Assembly (NCBI RefSeq): GCF_009834535.1
Contig: NC_045697.1
Location: 40,922,001-40,986,000, forward strand
DNA from: Camelus ferus
Taxonomy: Eukaryota
Direction of reading: 5' to 3'
DNA length: 64,000 bases
The notes below the pieces were generated by a model that was not told the DNA's origin, did not search any database, and saw nothing but the letters and a program-made list of their open reading frames with translations. Positions 63,526 through 64,000 of this stretch are shown here, piece after piece; position 1 is the stretch's first letter; every line of letters starts with the position of its first letter. The position numbers were made by a program, and so were the translations under genes.

Positions 63526-64000
63526 TTTGATTTACCAGCCTCACCTGGGACGAGTGTACTTTTAACATGAATGCACACCCAAGATACGGGTGGTTCCAAG
63601 TAAGCTCAACTATTTATTGCTCAATACCCGTTGGCAACACAAGAACTGAATGTTGGGTGCGTCCCAACCCTGTCGTGGAAATAGTGACACTAACTCACAC
63701 TCTGACCCAGAATTTTAGCAAATGTCAGACATCAGAAGCATCATCTTCACGTTAAGAAGAGGACTGAGGCCAGAATCCCTGGACATTCTACACAGCATCG
63801 TAGGCCATATTCATGAGACTTAGTCACAGATCTAACTATTACAAATAACATGCTCTAACAACATGCTAGAAAATGGAAATTCCAAGATTAGATACCCTCA
63901 TCTGTGTAACAGAGTGCTGAAGTCAGTAACAACCAGGAGAAGTCGGGACCTGGTCCCTACCCTGTAATGTTTCATGTTCATGTACCTAACCTTTGGCTTT

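Noticed and set aside
41100..64000. Upstream AFF1 coding exon of the longer isoform (MAFTERVNSSGN-type)
   Set aside because: No matching coding sequence seen; it probably lies beyond the right edge of the window.
1..64000. CRISPR arrays, rRNA, NUMTs or prokaryotic operon-like systems
   Set aside because: No regularly spaced repeats, and no rRNA or mitochondrial sequence recognised. The window is vertebrate intronic DNA.

Overview
Mammalian genomic DNA, most likely camelid, because it carries seven copies of a tRNA-Ala-derived SINE of the vic-1 type and a matching young L1 3' end. The whole window lies within the AFF1 (AF4) locus, transcribed on the minus strand. It contains an internal CpG-island promoter with the first coding exon (MAAQS, 40366-40382), a ~33 kb intron, a 121-nt exon (7481-7601) and a 912-nt exon (6180-7091). 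These exons splice in frame to give the AFF1 N-terminus, including the cyclin T1-binding segment and the SIAH degron PTAYVRP. The remainder is intronic or upstream sequence rich in L1, L2, MIR, hAT and Tigger relics. The most interesting observations are: (1) a three-uORF leader, one uORF being in frame with its TGA directly abutting the start codons; (2) an inverted SINE pair placed symmetrically around the two exons, which could drive back-splicing; (3) a polyadenylated LTR fragment inserted with a 16-bp target-site duplication (TSD); (4) a tailless U2 snRNA retrocopy; (5) a minimal L1 insertion next to the promoter. I found no prokaryote-type system, CRISPR array or novel protein-coding gene. 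Repeat family names and boundaries come from visual recognition and are approximate.
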